Assembly (NCBI GenBank): GCA_051530055.1
Contig: CM121341.1
Coordinates: forward strand, 4,318,784-4,382,783
Reading direction: 5' to 3'
DNA length: 64,000 bases
From: Neoechinorhynchus agilis
Taxonomy: Eukaryota > Animalia > Acanthocephala
Position numbers and translations under genes: made by a program. The notes below the pieces were generated by a model that saw nothing but the letters and a program-made list of their open reading frames with translations, ran no database searches and was not told where the DNA came from. Shown here piece after piece: positions 35,934-49,000 of the stretch; positions within the stretch are counted from its first letter, which is position 1, and each line of letters begins with the position of its first letter.

Positions 35934-37731
35934 TCAGTCTTCTTGTAAGATGGAATTCGAAGCTTTTTGGATTGTCACAACCGCTTGATCTATAATTTAA
36001 GATATAGATTGGACAAATAAGACCACAAAAACTCACCGAATATTATTTTTACGCTTTGAGGTTGAATGAGTACACAGAATACAAAATAGAAAATGAGTCC
36101 TCCGAGAATTAAAGCAAATGCACTTGCACAGGCAGCAGGTTCGCTTATCAAGGACAAGACAGTGATAAAAGCCATTCCGACGAAGAACACGATTGGGAAT
36201 ATAATATTTACCTTCGATTTATAGATTTCAAAAAAAGAGAGATTGGTTTACCGGACTTACCCTATGTTTACTGGGCGTATTACGAGTTTTCCATCTCAAA
36301 TAGAAAAACGCCAAAGACGTGGTGCAGTAGAAAAAGGTTTCACTAAAAGTGCTCATATTTATAATAAAAGTCAATGAGCCGATGGAAATGAAGACGATTG
36401 TGAATAGAGCCTGATCAAGTTTGTGTAGACTATTAAATCTTAAGAATTAACTTACCAAAACCGCGACGGAGACCAGGGGTGTTAGATAATTGACATGTAC
36501 ATAAGCCATAACCACGGGCATGTGACCATTTCGAGCTGCACTGAACCCAACTCTTGTTTCGAAAAGAGTTTAATCTAAAATAGATTTCGTCCGGACTAAC
36601 CTCGTAGAAGTGAGAACCTCGCTACTGATGTATCCGAAGACAGATAAGGACACTAATACCGATACAACTGTTCCAAGGGGTTTGTAAAGTGCCCCTAAAG
36701 CCGTCTTGTTGTATGGTTAAAAAGATTAGCTCTAAATCCGGTATACTTACAACAGCAATTGCAGGTGATTCCACCGCTTGTTCAATGGGAATCATCGCAA
36801 AAAACGCAATGTTTGTTAAGACGTATTCTGTATGCCTTCTTATCCATTAGAAGTCGAGATGAGAAAGCATTGATTAAAGAATGGTGACTGTTCCAAGACC
36901 AATGAAAATTGATCGAGGAAGATTTCTAATAGACACGATTAGAAACTTGTCTTTTAAAAAAAACATAATTTACTTCTCGGGCTCCTTTATTTCCTCGGCT
37001 AAATAATTCAAAAAATTCCTAAATTTAAGAGTTTTTTTCAAGTATCAAATGCGCTAATGTTCCTACCATCCTGAAAATGCGAATATTGCACTATAAAAAG
37101 ACAGAATAATATCCAGTGGGTTTGTTGAAGTTCCTTTAAATCCGTTTTCATAATAAATTGCACCACCAATAGCGAAAGCATAAATCCCAGCAATTAAGAT
37201 TCCCAATAAAGCCGCTGCTTTTCCAACTGCGAAGATCACTTGCACTCTCGAAGTCCACTTTACACTTCTACTGTTGAGATATGTGAAGACCATTAGCGCA
37301 AGAATAGCTAGCAGATATCTGGGTGGCTCAGGGATTTTACAAGGGAAAATAGCAAGTAGAAGATAATTAGCAAAAGCAAGTGATCCGGCTGCTAATGCTG
37401 ATGGAGCCGAAAGGACAACTCTTGTCCACGCGAACATGAACGCCATCGGACTTCCAAGTATTCGTAGCAGATACTCATAGTCTCCACCTCCTTTTGGCAT
37501 CATGGCACCCAATTCAGCATACATGAGTGCACCACAGATCGACAGAAATCCTGATATTAACCAAACAAGAATTGCAACTGGGATCGATCCACAAAGTCTG
37601 AGGACTTCACCAGGCGTGATAAAGATTCCACTTCCAACCATAGTGCTAATTATTATAGAAACACCCTGCATTAGACCGAGTTCTCTTTTGAGAGCAATCT
37701 TTTCTCTTTGAATCGACTCGTCTACGGCCAT
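35934..37731 (-). CDS. SLC7 (LAT-type) amino-acid transporter, 9 exons: 37731-37067, 37018-36974, 36925-36876, 36824-36751, 36704-36601, 36552-36456, 36410-36261, 36211-36037, 35989-35934
   Basis: VGSGIFITP, YAELGAMMPKGGGDYEY, FSGWNFLNYLAEEIKEPEKNLPRSI, AARNGHMP; seven GT-AG introns of 45-49 nt plus one non-canonical intron. Confidence 0.93.
36825..36875 (-). other. Non-canonical 51-nt intron T|AA...AT|A with stem
   Basis: Contains in-frame stops; removal gives GTVTILYVLTNI (LAT1 IVTLVYVLTNL); ATGCTTTCTCATC pairs with GATAAGAAGGCAT; TA at both ends. Confidence 0.75.
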
Positions 37732-38980
37732 TATGGCTCACTTAAGAAAAAAAGGATTGGTTACTGTTAGCAAGTTCTTTTTTTTCGTCCTAAATCCGAA
37801 ACCTCCTTTGTATTTTAACACTTTTATCACGAGTTTTAAGTATGAAAGGTGAGCGTACGCTCAATGTTAGTAATGCTGCGAAGTGCAAAATCTCTACAGA
37901 TAAAAAGGATTACTCATGTCTCGAAATTTATAGTTTCTTGCTAGAAATGTGTATAACTCTCAATATAGGATATTTAGAATTAGATCTTGAAAACATTTTT
38001 AATCCAGAGTCGAATGAGAGATAGTATCCGATCGAGCGTGGTTGTTTTCTGGTGTGAAGAAATTAAAATGATTTTAATGAGTCGATTTGATTAATTTACA
38101 AGTTCGATGAAAGCGTACAAGATTGTAAATCCGAAATATCGGCAGTTTAAGATCTTCAGAAATCCAACCAAGCTCCCCCCTTAGTTCGGGAAACGCTAAA
38201 GAATGAGTATTTCGAATAGAACTGTGAATCGACTCGTCGTTAGGAACCCTCAAAACATCCTTAGACAAGAAAAAGGACACGGCGGATTTGGACTGAATCA
38301 AAGAACATTTACAATTTCTGCATTATGAAGGAGGATCCACTAAGAAGGCTCTGAGAGCATTCATCGAAACTGATTCAAATGATACGATCTTTAGTGGTTT
38401 TTTGGGGTGGGAGAGAGCAATATAATGCATCAAATTGGATTTATCTCTTACAGACGAATACTCGAGTTGGTCAAGGACGACAACGGCGATTTAAAGGTTC
38501 TATAGATATATTCAGATTAACTCTTAATTGAACTAACCCGAGGTTCGAATCTGTTCACTACAATGTGTTTTTACGCAATGGGTCAAAATGAAAACAGCCA
38601 ACAACATAAATTTTGAACGAACGTCGCATTTTGCGTGTTATGAACAAAAATAACCATTAAATGATCGGCGGGATGACTAGCACTCATCTGTAACTGCATG
38701 CGCGGCGCTTGGGTTCGGAATCGGGTTTAATTCGGAAAAAGTCAACCAATCCCAAGAAGTTCATTGAAGACACTTTCTAAACGCCCTAAAAAAAGGGCCA
38801 ATAGCAAAAAAAAGTAAAAAAAAAATAAAAAAAATAAAAAAAAATAAAAAAAACTCAACGCTCAAATAAGAGCTCGAAAAAGGAGTAGCTTTAATAGCGA
38901 CATCGGACGCGACATTGGAATTTGAGCGCTATCCGAGGTTGGACCAAGAGGCGCCTAACCAACACTTGGATGTGCGTGAA

Positions 38981-39792
38981 TAAGTTTAGGCGGACACGTG
39001 AATTAACCCGAAACCGAACCCTTTTTTAAATCTTCTAATGATGAATTCAGAAGCATTTTTGTGTGTTGACGTCCGAAAGTCGAGAAACCATAGTCAAATT
39101 GCAGCTAAATGTGGTGTTTAAGAAAAGTTGGACCTACGGAGCTTCCAAATCGCACTTTTTTTATCAATTCAAAACAGCGTTTATTACGGATACCTAACTT
39201 TTCCTGGATCTTCGTCCTCGTCCAGGATTAGGCAACGGATTTGCTACCCGCCTTCCTCGCCTAGTTGACTGCGTTCTTGAAGGCACTGAAGGGGGTGGTG
39301 GGGGCGTTTTTCGTCTTCTATAATGCCCACTTTTGGTCACGTCTAAATTGGCAGCATCAAGAATGAATTTGGCTTCTCTCTTTTCTTAAGTTTAGGCGGA
39401 CACGTGAATTAACCCGAAACCGAACCCTTTTTTAAATCTTCTAATGATGAATTCAGAAGCATTTTTGTGTGTTGACGTCCGAAAGTCGAGAAACCATAGT
39501 CAAATTGCAGCTAAATGTGGTGTTTCAGAAAAGTTGGACCTACGGAGCTTCCAAATCGCACTTTTTTTATCAATTCAAAACAGCGTTTATTACGGATACC
39601 TAACTTTTCCTGGATCTTCGTCCTCGTCCAGGATTAGGCAACGGATTTGCTACCCGCCTTCCTCGCCTAGTTGACTGCGTTCTTGAAGGCACTGAAGGGG
39701 GTGGTGGGGGCGTTTTTCGTCTTCTATAATGCCCACTTTTGGTCACGTCTAAATTGGCAGCATCAAGAATGAATTTGGCTTCTCTCTTTTCT
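38981..39792. repeat. Tandem duplication of ~406 bp covering the YEATS4 3' CDS end and 3' flank
   Basis: 38981-39386 is nearly identical to 39387-39792. Confidence 0.9.
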
Positions 39793-42715
39793 TCTTTTTG
39801 TTTAATCTTTTCGTCCACTTCCAGTATCAACAAATTCGTTTCGTTGATGTATTTCGCAAGGGGATCGATATATTGGTCAAGGAGACTAATGGCATTATCA
39901 AGATGAGATTTGTAAGTGTCCAGAACCTCCGTCGAATTACCCATACTAATGTCTACGCCACTCATTGAAGGTTTGTTTCTAGGGTTCATAGATTCTTCGA
40001 GCAGTCGAACAAATAAAAATCGCGGCTGCTGAAACACTAATTCGTCGTATTTTACAAACGTGTTCAACTGACCGATGCCTCCTTGAGAAACATCCGTTGG
40101 AAATAACCGAATGTAGTAACGGAGCGTGACTGGGTCTTCTATCCGAAAATCATCGGTTTAAAAGGATGACCGAAAAACAAAAACCCAAATAAGACTAAGA
40201 TTAGTTAAAGTGTTAAAGAAATTTAACGGCTATGCATCCATAACGGAGAAAATTATGATAAACAAAATTCTAACTCTATCATCCCGAACGATTCTATATT
40301 GATGATCAGAATGGAGAGAAAGACGATCCCATGATTAAATAGGATAAGATTGTCGACTCTTCAGGTTCTTCTACGAGAATAAAGACGTGGAATTTCATAA
40401 TTGTCATGGGCATTGGGAAAAGATGGAAGGCTCTAAATTTAAAGAGATTTTGAATCGTGGATTGAAAGTTGATCTTTAAAGGAGAAAAACGTGAAAACTC
40501 CAAATTGTAAAAAAGAATAAAGGTTTACTGTAAAATCTTCAACGAGAATAAAGACGTGGAATTTCATAATTGTCATGGGCATTGGGAAAAGATGGAAGGC
40601 TCTAAATTTAAAGAGATTTTGAATCGTGGATTGAAAGTTGATCTTTAAAGGAGAAAAACGTGAAAACTCCAAATTGTAAAAAAGAATAAAGGTTTACTGT
40701 AAAATCTTCAACGAGAATAAAGACGTGGAATTTCATAATTGTCATGGGCATTGGGAAAAGATGGAAGGCTCTAAATTTAAAGAGATTTAGAATCGTGGAT
40801 TGAAAGTTGATCTTTAAAGGAGAAAAACGTGAAAACTCCAAATTCAAAAAAGAATAAAGGTTTACTGTAAAATCTTCAACGAGAATAAAGACGTGGAATT
40901 CCATAATTGTCATGGGCATTGGGAAAAGATGGAAGGCTCTAAATTTAAAGAGATTTAGAATCGTGGATTGAAAGTTGATCTTTAAAGGAGAAAAACGTGA
41001 AAACTCCAAATTGTAAAAAAGAATAAAGGTTTACTGTAAAATCTTCAACGAGAATAAAGACGTGGAATTTCATAATTGTCATGGGCATTGGGAAAAGATG
41101 GAAGGCTCTAAATTTAAAGAGATTTAGAATCGTGGATTGAAAGTTGATCTTTAAAGGAGAAAAACGTGAAAACTCCAAATTGTAAAAAAGAATAAAGGTT
41201 TACTGTAAAATCTTCAACGAGAATAAAGACGTGGAATTTCATAATTGTCATGGGCATTGGGAAAAGATGGAAGGCTCTAAATTTAAAGAGATTTTGAATC
41301 GTGGATTGAAAGTTGATCTTTAAAGGAGAAAAACGTGAAAACTCCAAATTGTAAAAAAGAATAAAGGTTTACTGTAAAATCTTCAACGAGAATAAAGACG
41401 TGGAATTTCATAATTGTCATGGGCATTGGGAAAAGATGGAAGGCTCTAAATTTAAAGAGATTTAGAATCGTGGATTGAAAGTTGATCTTTAAAGGAGAAA
41501 AACGTGAAAACTCCAAATTGTAAAAAAGAATAAAGGTTTACTGTAAAATCTTCAACGAGAATAAAGACGTGGAATTTCATAATTGTCATGGGCATTGGGA
41601 AAAGATGGAAGGCTCTAAATTTAAAGAGATTTAGAATCGTGGATTGAAAGTTGATCTTTAAAGGAGAAAAACGTGAAAACTCCAAATTGTAAAAAAGAAT
41701 AAAGGTTTACTGTAAAATCTTCAACGAGAATAAAGACGTGGAATTTCATAATTGTCATGGGCATTGGGAAAAGATGGAAGGCTCTAAATTTAAAGAGATT
41801 TAGAATCGTGGATTGAAAGTTGATCTTTAAAGGAGAAAAACGTGAAAACTCCAAATTGTAAAAAAGAATAAAGGTTTACTGTAAAATCTTCAACGAGAAT
41901 AAAGACGTGGAATTTCATAATTGTCATGGGCATTGGGAAAAGATGGAAGGCTCTAAATTTAAAGAGATTTAGAATCGTGGATTGAAAGTTAATCTTTAAA
42001 GGAGAAAAACGTGAAAACTCCAAATTGTAAAAAAGAATAAAGGTTTACTGTAAAATCTTCAACGAGAATAAAGACGTGGAATTTCATAATTGTCATGGGC
42101 ATTGGGAAAAGATGGAAGGCTCTAAATTTAAAGAGATTTAGAATCGTGGATTGAAAGTTGATCTTTAAAGGAGAAAAACGTGAAAACTCCAAATTCAAAA
42201 AAGAATAAAGGTTTACTGTAAAATCTTCAACGAGAATAAAGACGTGGAATTTCATAATTGTCATGGGCATTGGGAAAAGATGGAAGGCTCTAAATTTAAA
42301 GAGATTTAGAATCGTGGATTGAAAGTTGATCTTTAAAGGAGAAAAACGTGAAAACCTTAAATCCAAAGTAACTCTAAACCGATGAGTGACGATCTAACGT
42401 TTCCCGAAAATGAACTGTGATTATGGCTTCAAATTGACCCCATCCAGTTTCATGGACTTCATAAGGAGGTTCCATGCAGACCCTTAAAGGCTCGGTAAAT
42501 GTACTGTGAAGTTTAAATTCAACTTTTTCCACATATACCGACATATCATGGTTTTCTCCGAATGGTTTTAGAAATAAGACCCATTGATGAGTCCGTTTTG
42601 AAGCTTCCGTTTGATAGCGACCCGTCTTCTCGGGTTTGTGGACACAAACGGCCGTGTTTCCGTAGACAATGGGACGGATGACTATCCTATCAACCAGTCT
42701 GTCTTCGACGGCCAT
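39600..42715 (-). CDS. YEATS4: YEATS4/GAS41/Yaf9 orthologue; exons 42715-~42396 and ~40140-39600
   Basis: RPIVYGN, THQWVLFLKP, KVEFKLHSTF, PPYEVHETGWGQF; second exon PVTLRYYIRLF...YDELVFQQP resembles PVTLYHLLKLF...YDEMIFQDP. Confidence 0.9.
40141..42395 (-). other. 2255-nt YEATS4 intron, T|AG...AT|A (alternative GT-AG register 42390-40136), containing array B
   Basis: Both registers keep the frame; 11-bp inverted repeat at 42375-42385 / 40150-40160; TA at both ends in the AG-AT register. Confidence 0.7.
40370..42358. repeat. Tandem array B: 169-bp unit, ~12 copies, intronic
   Basis: Pseudo-ORFs recur every 169 nt. Confidence 0.98.
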
Positions 42716-44145
42716 TTTGACCTTGAAATCGTATTAAAATCAACTTAGATCTTTACATTCGGGTTCTTCTGTGCTATCAACAACAATCTTTTGTTTTTTG
42801 GATTCCACGGCCAATTGCAAACGACTTGACGAAGACCGACGAGACGGACGAAATATTGAGAACAATAAGTGAATTTCTATTCTTCTCTCATCACCAATGA
42901 ACAACTTCTTTACAATTTCTAAATACATTGGGGAAATTTTGAACGAAATTATTATAATCGTAAAATAGCGATAATTTGTTACGTTTCTGTGTTGATATCT
43001 TATAAAAATTACAATTCACATTTTTTGTTACCTAAATGCTTTGTTTTTTCTAAAAGCTTAGAAGTGATTCTTGAAACTTTACAAAGAATTTTTTTATTCC
43101 AAAACCGGAATTTTGTTTGATTTTTTTGTCTACATCGCAAATTGAAATTGTGCTCAACGAATCACGGAATTGTTCAAGATGCACCCAAAAAAACTATCCA
43201 CGTTTTTTTCGCTACTGCTAAATATAAATTATGGGAAATCTAAATTACAGTGCCGATTATTTTCTCAATTTTTTCGTTTCCTTTGAAAAGTCTCATTAAA
43301 GATAACCAAAGTTTCGTGTTCCTTTAGATGAAAATTCCATCTATTCTCTTGCTAGTCTCGATATTATTAAATACATTTCGCTTTATTTCCTAAATAGTCA
43401 TTTTGAGGATCGTAGTCAAGATGGCGGAGTGTCTCAACTCTTTATCGGAACCGCCGGCTAAAACCATCAACGCAAATGGTTCAATTGAAGATACTTAAGT
43501 GCTTGGTAAGTACTTCTAAATGGAGACGCCGGCGCAAGACAATGCTTAGAAGCAAATTAATACTCATCAAGAATTCATAGCTGACGACCCGAATTTTTAG
43601 TAAATTGCCTCCCAAAAAAATCAATAACGAAAAAATGACTTAAAAACGCTTATTTTTTTCTAAAGAATGATATTATTTGTTAGTGGAACGAGCGACGGTT
43701 CTTGTCGAGAAGGATGATGCTTCGTGAGTTTCGATAATCGGGTTTCGGTATCTCTGACGAATTGCACCAGAAAATGGAGAAAAGATCCATCGAAACGTTG
43801 GGTGTTCAGATCCGCAGATAACTATTTTAGGTTTGCCACTTACTAATGTATAAATGAGAAATGAAGAAGCCTTAAAAGAAATGTCTTAGTATGATTTAGA
43901 GTCCTTGAAATAGTCTTGAGTCAAAAACAATATGGATAACATAGAAATTGTGGTAAATGAAGTCTACTTACGCTCTATCGTGAATATAATTTCTGTGTTT
44001 TGAAAATCTTTTTTGCCTTTATGGTTACAAAAACTGAATTCTTTGGGTTGATCTCGATGATTTTTCAAGGATTTCTAATCCCTATCGGTTTGTTTCTACT
44101 GCCGGATGCTTTCGACAACACTAATCTTCTGATAAAATGTGGTGA

Positions 44146-44899
44146 AGAAAATAAGAACTGAGAAATTCGAGAATTTTCGGCCTTAGCGTAGGCCGTCTTC
44201 AGACTATCTAAAATGAATCAGTCACAAATCCTATGTCCTTTTGGAACGGCGAAGAAAATAAGAACTAAGAAATTCGATTTTATTGTGAATTTTCGGCCTT
44301 AGCGTAGGCCGTCTTCAGACTATCTAAAATGAATCAGTCACAAATCCTATGTCCTTTTGGAACGGCGAAGAAAATAAGAACTAAGAAATTCGATTTTATT
44401 GTGAATTTTCGGCCTTAGCGTAGGCCGTCTTCAGACTATCTAAAATGAATCAGTCACAAATCCTATGTCCTTTTGGAACGGCGAAGAAAATAAGAACTAA
44501 GAAATTCGATTTTATTGTGAATTTTCGGCCTTAGCGTAGGCCGTCTTCAGACTATCTAAAATGAATCAGTCACAAATCCTATGTCCTTTTGGAACGGCGA
44601 AGAAAATAAGAACTAAGAAATTCGATTTTATTGTGAATTTTCGGCCTTAGCGTAGGCCGTCTTCAGACTATCTAAAATGAATCAGTCACAAATCCTATGT
44701 CCTTTTGGAACGGCGAAGAAAATAAGAACTAAGAAATTCGATTTTATTGTGAATTTTCGGCCTTAGCGTAGGCCGTCTTCAGACTATCTAAAATGAATCA
44801 GTCACAAATCCTATGTCCTTTTGGAACGGCGAAGAAAATAAGAACTAAGAAATTCGATTTTATTGTGAATTTTCGGCCTTAGCGTAGGCCGTCTTCAGA
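44146..44899. repeat. Tandem array C: 116-bp unit, ~6.5 copies
   Basis: ccttagcgtaggcc at 44181, 44297, 44413, 44529, 44645, 44761, 44877. Confidence 0.98.
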
Positions 44900-46069
44900 C
44901 TTCGCAATGAGAACGGAACGTGATAATCTAAATATCCCGATCTGGAAACTTGAGCGTTTCTATGAATCTGTCTTTGTAATCGCCCTTTGGATAAACATCG
45001 CCTCCATCGTCGTTCTACCCCGTCGGTTTCTACACTCTGCGAGAACCTCAGTTGCTCCGAAAATTCACAATAAAATCGAATTTCTCAGTTCTTATTTTCT
45101 TCACCATATTTTATCAGCAATGTTAAATATATATTCCACTAATCTTCTGTAATGTTTTCCCTCGGGCTATCCATTTGCTGGGCTTTAAAAATAAAGATCG
45201 GAGAAAATTCATTTAGGATGATATAAATGGAGTTGTGGTGATACCGATTTTATTTTGTAATTTCGAAAGATGAGGAAAAAATGTCAGTCATTGTTTGTAC
45301 GTTTTTACGCGAACATCGAAAATTTTTTAAAACGAATGACTGATGATGCTTCCTCTTTCGAAATATCTCAATAAAATAGGCTTTATCCACGAAAACACCA
45401 ACTTTTAGTTTTCTCAGTTCAATCAAAAAATATGACTATTTAAAGAAAGATTGCGAACGAGGACACTAAAATTTACTTAAGAATCACATAAATATTTGTA
45501 GCATTGTATTAATTTTTTTCTTTCTACCCGTTAATAATTTATAAAAGTTCCAATAGGAAAAGAGGTTGTTTTTTTCATGCTTTTTCATAATTCAAACATT
45601 TTGCTTACAAGAAATAGAGTTTTTTCAGCTTTCAAAATATTTTTTCTAGAACCATTAAACCATTAGTAATTGCCGGTAAGTATTTTTAAATGCGAAACGA
45701 ACTTGTTACCTCAGGAATTATGCCTTTAAATATTAAGGAGGACGCAAGTAAGATCGAAATACTCGTTAAAATTCAAGAAATGAAAAATCCGTTTCCGAAC
45801 CCTTTTCCGAATCGATTAAAATAGTTCGTGATTTTTTCGATTTTTCCCCTTTTAGATATTTTTATCATTGTCACATTGAGAGAAAAATACACAATTATCC
45901 GATTATTGAGGATCATAAATATTCACTATAACAGAATAATCAAAGTTGATTTTCTCTTCAATTCTTCAATAATCCTTAAAATATCTTTAAACTAGAGCCA
46001 CGTTCTCTCGATTTCTAAGAAAACTTTGTGAAATACTGCTTGATTTTCTGGCCGCATGATTGATTAGAT

Positions 46070-49000
46070 TTTTGATTTTGCAATGATTATAGAAAAATAG
46101 TTTTATTTTCGAGCTTTCACCGTCTTACGGCTTCATCGAAAGTTTTTGTTTATGAAACGGAAAAGAATGCTCCGGACTTGGTGTTGCGTTCAAGAACGAA
46201 AAATTAATTCTTATTTAATTCAACTAATTTTTTAATCAGTTGAATGGAAAATGGTTCAAACGCGGGATCACGGGTTTAATTGTCTTCGAAATTAAATTTT
46301 CCTTCCGAAAATGGACACTTAGAAGAGGGCCGTTGTAATGATTATAGAAAAATTGTTTTATTTTCGAGATTTCACCGTCTTACGGCTTCCTCGAAAGTTT
46401 TTGTTTATGAAACGGAAAAATGATGCTCCGGACTTGGTGTTGCGTTCAAGAACGAAAAATTAATTCTTATTTAATTCAACTAATTTTTTAATCAGTTGAA
46501 TGGAAAATGGTTCAAACGCGAGATCACGGGCTTAATTGTCTTCGAAATTAAATTTTCCTTCCGAAAATGGACACTTAGAAGAGGGAAGTTGTAATGATTA
46601 TAGAAAAATAGTTTTATTTTCGAGCTTTCACCGTCTTACGGCTTCCTCGAAAGTTTTTGTTTATGAAACGGAAAAATGATGCTCCGGACTTGGTGTTGCG
46701 TTCAAGAACGAAAAATTAATTCTTATTTAATTCAACTAATTTTTTAATCAGTTGAATGGAAAATGGTTCAAACGCGAGATCACGGGCTTAATTTTCGAAA
46801 TTAAATTTTCCTTCCGAAAATGGACACTTAGAAGAGGGAAGTTGTAATGATTATAGAAAAATAGTTTTATTTTCGAGCTTTCACCGTCTTACGGCTTCCT
46901 CGAAAGTTTTTGTTTATGAAACGGAAAAATGATGCTCCGGACTTGGTGTTGCGTTCAAGAACGAAAAATTAATTCTTATTTAATTCAACTAATTTTTTAA
47001 TCAGTTGAATGGAAAATGGTTCAAACGCGAGATCACGGGCTTAATTGTCTTAGAAATTAAATTTTCCTTCCGAAAATGGACACTTAGAAGAGGGAAGTTG
47101 TAATGATTATAGAAAAATAGTTTTATTTTCGAGCTTTCACCGTCTTACGGCTTCCTCGAAAGTTTTTGTTTATGAAACGGAAAAATGATGCTCCGGACTT
47201 GGTGTTGCGTTCAAGAACGAAAAATTAATTTTTATTTAATTCAACTAATTTTTTAATCAGTTGAATGGAAAATGGTTCACGGAGATCACGGGCTTAATTG
47301 TCTTGAAATTAAATTTTTTCGAAAATGGACACTTAGAAGAGGGCAGTTGTAATGATTATAGAAATAGTTTTATTTTCGAGATTTCACCGTCTTACGGCTT
47401 CCTCGAAAGTTTTTGTTATGAAACGGAAAAGATGCTCCGGACTTGGTGTTGCGTTCAAGAACGAAAAATTATCTTATTTAATTCAACTAATTTTTTAATC
47501 AGTTGAATGGAAAATGGTTCAAACGCGAGATCACGGGCTTAATTGTCTTAGAAATTAAATTTTCCTTCCGAAAATGGACACTTAGAAGAGGGAAGTTGTA
47601 ATGATTATAGAAAAATAGTTTTATTTTCGAGCTTTCACCGTCTTACGGCTTCCTCGAAAGTTTTTGTTTATGAAACGGAAAAATGATGCTCCGGACTTGG
47701 TGTTGCGTTCAAGAACGAAAAATTAATTCTTATTTAATTCAACTAATTTTTTAATCAGTTGAATGGAAAATGGTTCAAACGCGAGATCACGGGCTTAATT
47801 GTCTTAGAAATTAAATTTTCCTTCCGAAAATGGACACTTAGAAGAGGGAAGTTGTAATGATTATAGAAAAATAGTTTTATTTTCGAGATTTCACCGTCTT
47901 ACGGCTTCCTCGAAAGTTTTTGTTTATGAAACGGAAAAATGATGCTCCGGACTTGGTGTTGCGTTCAAGAACGAAAAATTAATTCTTATTTAATTCAACT
48001 AATTTTTTAATCAGTTGAATGGAAAATGGTTCAAACGCGGGATCACGGGTTTAATTGTCTTCGAAATTAAATTTTGCTTCCGAAAATGGACACTTAGAAG
48101 AGGGAAGTTGTAATGATTATAGAAAAATAGTTTTATTTTCGAGATTTCACCGTCTTACGGCTTCCTCGAAAGTTTTTGTTTATGAAACGGAAAAAATGCT
48201 CCGGACTTGGTGTTGCGTTCAAGAACGAAAAATTAATTCTTATTTAATTCAACTAATTTTTTAATCAGTTGAATGGAAAATGGTTCAAACGCGAGATCAC
48301 GGGCTTAATTGTCTTAGAAATTAAATTTTCCTTCCGAAAATGGACACTTAGAAGAGGGAAGTTGTAATGATTATAGAAAAATAGTTTTATTTTCGAGATT
48401 TCACCGTCTTACGGCTTCCTCGAAAGTTTTTGTTTATGAAACGGAAAAATGATGCTCCGGACTTGGTGTTGCGTTCAAGAACGAAAAATTAATTCTTATT
48501 TAATTCAACTAATTTTTTAATCAGTTGAATGGAAAATGGTTCAAACGCGAGATCACGGGCTTAATTGTCTTAGAAATTAAATTTTCCTTCCGAAAATGGA
48601 CACTTAGAAGAGGGAAGTTGTAATGATTATAGAAAAATAGTTTTATTTTCGAGATTTCACCGTCTTACGGCTTCCTCGAAAGTTTTTGTTTATGAAACGG
48701 AAAAATGATGCTCCGGACTTGGTGTTGCGTTCAAGAACGAAAAATTAATTCTTATTTAATTCAACTAATTTTTTAATCAGTTGAATGGAAAATGGTTCAA
48801 ACGCGAGATCACGGGCTTAATTGTCTTCGAAATTAAATTTTCCTTCCGAAAATGGACACTTAGAAGAGGGAAGTTGTAATGATTATAGAAAAATAGTTTT
48901 ATTTTCGAGATTTCACCGTCTTACGGCTTCCTCGAAAGTTTTTGTTTATGAAACGGAAAAGAATGGTCCGAACTTGGTGTTGCGTTCAAGAACGAAAAAT

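Noticed and set aside
40306-42366. Repeated 77-aa ORFs; also EEPEESTILSYL as a candidate YEATS4 exon
   Set aside because: Satellite-derived; the true second exon (PVTLRYYIRLF) starts near 40140
43420-43880. Exon-like segments with GTAAGT/GTGAGT donors and 47-nt GT-AG gaps
   Set aside because: Probably part of a gene, but strand, frame and product could not be resolved
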